A DNA stretch of 64,000 nucleotides. Source: Glaucostegus cemiculus (lineage: Eukaryota). Positions 62,305 through 64,000 of this stretch are shown one piece after another. The translations under genes and the position numbers were made by a program. The stretch spans positions 15,066,001 to 15,130,000 of the forward strand of contig CDPCPM010000050.1 in NCBI GenBank assembly GCA_976551045.1, given 5' to 3'. The stretch's first letter is position 1; each line of letters opens with the position of its first letter. The notes beneath the pieces were generated by a model. The model was not told the DNA's origin. It did not search any database and saw only the letters and a list, made by a program, of their open reading frames with translations.

Positions 62305-64000
62305 GTAAGTGCAATTAATTATATCAAATGCATTAACTTCTGCTACTTTCTCCTATTTTTGCTTATCCATTTAGTTTACCTTTTTATCTGCTTTCAAAAA
62401 TGATATTTTTGTGGAGTCCTGTTTGAGCCCCTATTGATTTGGGTGTGAGAACATAGCATTTTACAGTTCATGTTTTTCACAGCTTTACTACTTGAAAGAA
62501 AAGGTAAGTAGAGGGAGGAGATAGCTGAGATTTTTATAAAGCTGTAATGCACCCATGTTTTTATTTGCTTAGTTTTTTTTTTGAGAAAGTACTTTTTTTA
62601 AACTGCTTGTATCTACATTTAAATCTGACTCTACAAATGTTCATTTTTAACAAATTAACTTATGTTATAATATCTAAATGCTATCTCTTTATATCCCAGT
62701 CACTGAGACTCAACTGATAATTTACTAATGATTTCATTCTCACAAGTCATGGTCAATGCCACAATTAAGATGTGTATCATATTTATATATTCTACCTTAA
62801 AAGTGAAAGTATATTGTATACTGGAGTCTCCCCAGACCTCTGTGCTTACTGTGGTGTGGTAATGTGATTACAGCTGGCTGCATTGATGTCCATGGTAAAT
62901 GACCACAAATTCAAATTCCTTGCTCTGTAGTGAAAAGCCTTTATTATTATCTCTCAACTTTAATGTAACAGTTGAGACAAGGATCCCCTCTATAACCTTC
63001 ACCCCACCTTGCTATGTTCTAAACCCTGTGCCATGTTTGCAATCATTCCAGTAGTTAGTCGGCCCATGATCCCACAAGAAACTGCTTCCCATGATTAACC
63101 AGTTTACTTCCCTGACTGAAGCCCCTCTCTCAACATTGTGGAAATCCACAACTCATACTTTTATTGATAAGTTTATCAAAGAGAAAGGCCTTCAGTAATT
63201 AAATATGATGTCTTATTAAAGCAATGTTAATACTAATATTCTAAAGATATGAATGTCCTTAATCATCTACTCAGCATTCAACTGAGTATACAAAATCAAG
63301 ATTACACAAAGTTTGACTGGTATATAATTTTAAAGATTATCAGACCATGTAACAAAAACTGTCATTTTATAAGTACTTTACGGTGATGCTAAGTTATAGA
63401 CACTTGTAACTTTACTTCAATTCAAGAGATTTCTCTTAATTACATGGAAGAAATTTGCAAAATAGTGTAACCAGGGAAGGCTTAAGAAATCACTGGCAAG
63501 AGGGCTTCTGCACCCAATCACACGTTCACAGTCTAGAAGTTGCTCACTGTTTCACAATGTCATAACAGTGAACATGGAGTTTAGCAGCCTTTACCACTGC
63601 AAGATCTAAGCCCTTAAGGTCACTTTTTTTCAAAAAGCCATGCTTTGTAATTATTTTCAAAACAGGCCATAGTGCCAATTTTCTGTCATTAGGGGTCAGT
63701 ATTGTTCCATTTAAATCATTTACTATTCAGTAGTAAGCAGGTCTTGTAGGATCTTGATGACCATACAGAGTCATACCTCTGCTGCAGAATGACAGATTTG
63801 TTTAACCCATAGAGATTTCCAAAATTTAAAGCAATTGTATTTATCCAGCTTTAATGTCCTTAAATGTTAATTAAATATTTTTGTGGCATTCTCAGTTAAA
63901 TTATGACTTTTCATCATTGTGTATTAAATTGCTTTTCTTTTTTTCTAATTTCGGATTGTGCTTTGTTTGGAAGCTGATAACAACTGTTCAGAAGGGTCCT

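Overview
Eukaryotic, AT-rich, intron-dominated vertebrate DNA. The repeat content (V-SINE/HE1-like, DeuSINE/SacSINE-like, CR1/HER1-like, Rex1/Babar, RTE, Penelope, decayed Gypsy) points to a cartilaginous fish. Three protein-coding genes can be reconstructed by hand. (1) HIP1R: first coding exon on the minus strand (19000-19092), with intron 1 running off the left edge. (2) CCDC62: essentially complete on the minus strand, 14 phase-consistent coding exons from 51184 to 28849, about 835 aa. (3) DENR: 5' part on the plus strand, coding exons 61221-61317 and a 20-nt microexon 62285-62304. CCDC62 and DENR are head-to-head on a shared CpG island (about 53550-54430). The most striking oddity is a minisatellite of about 24 copies built from the HIP1R exon-1 5' splice site itself, giving a ladder of spare donors, 7 of them in frame. 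Other oddities: a DENR leader where donor choice could switch an upstream AUG between an N-terminal extension and a uORF, a perfect 43-bp inverted repeat just upstream of the largest CCDC62 exon, and an unclassified dispersed element with an internal minisatellite. Most ORFs in the supplied track are spurious or repeat-derived. Gene and repeat-family identities rest on recalled sequences, not database searches, and repeat boundaries are approximate.
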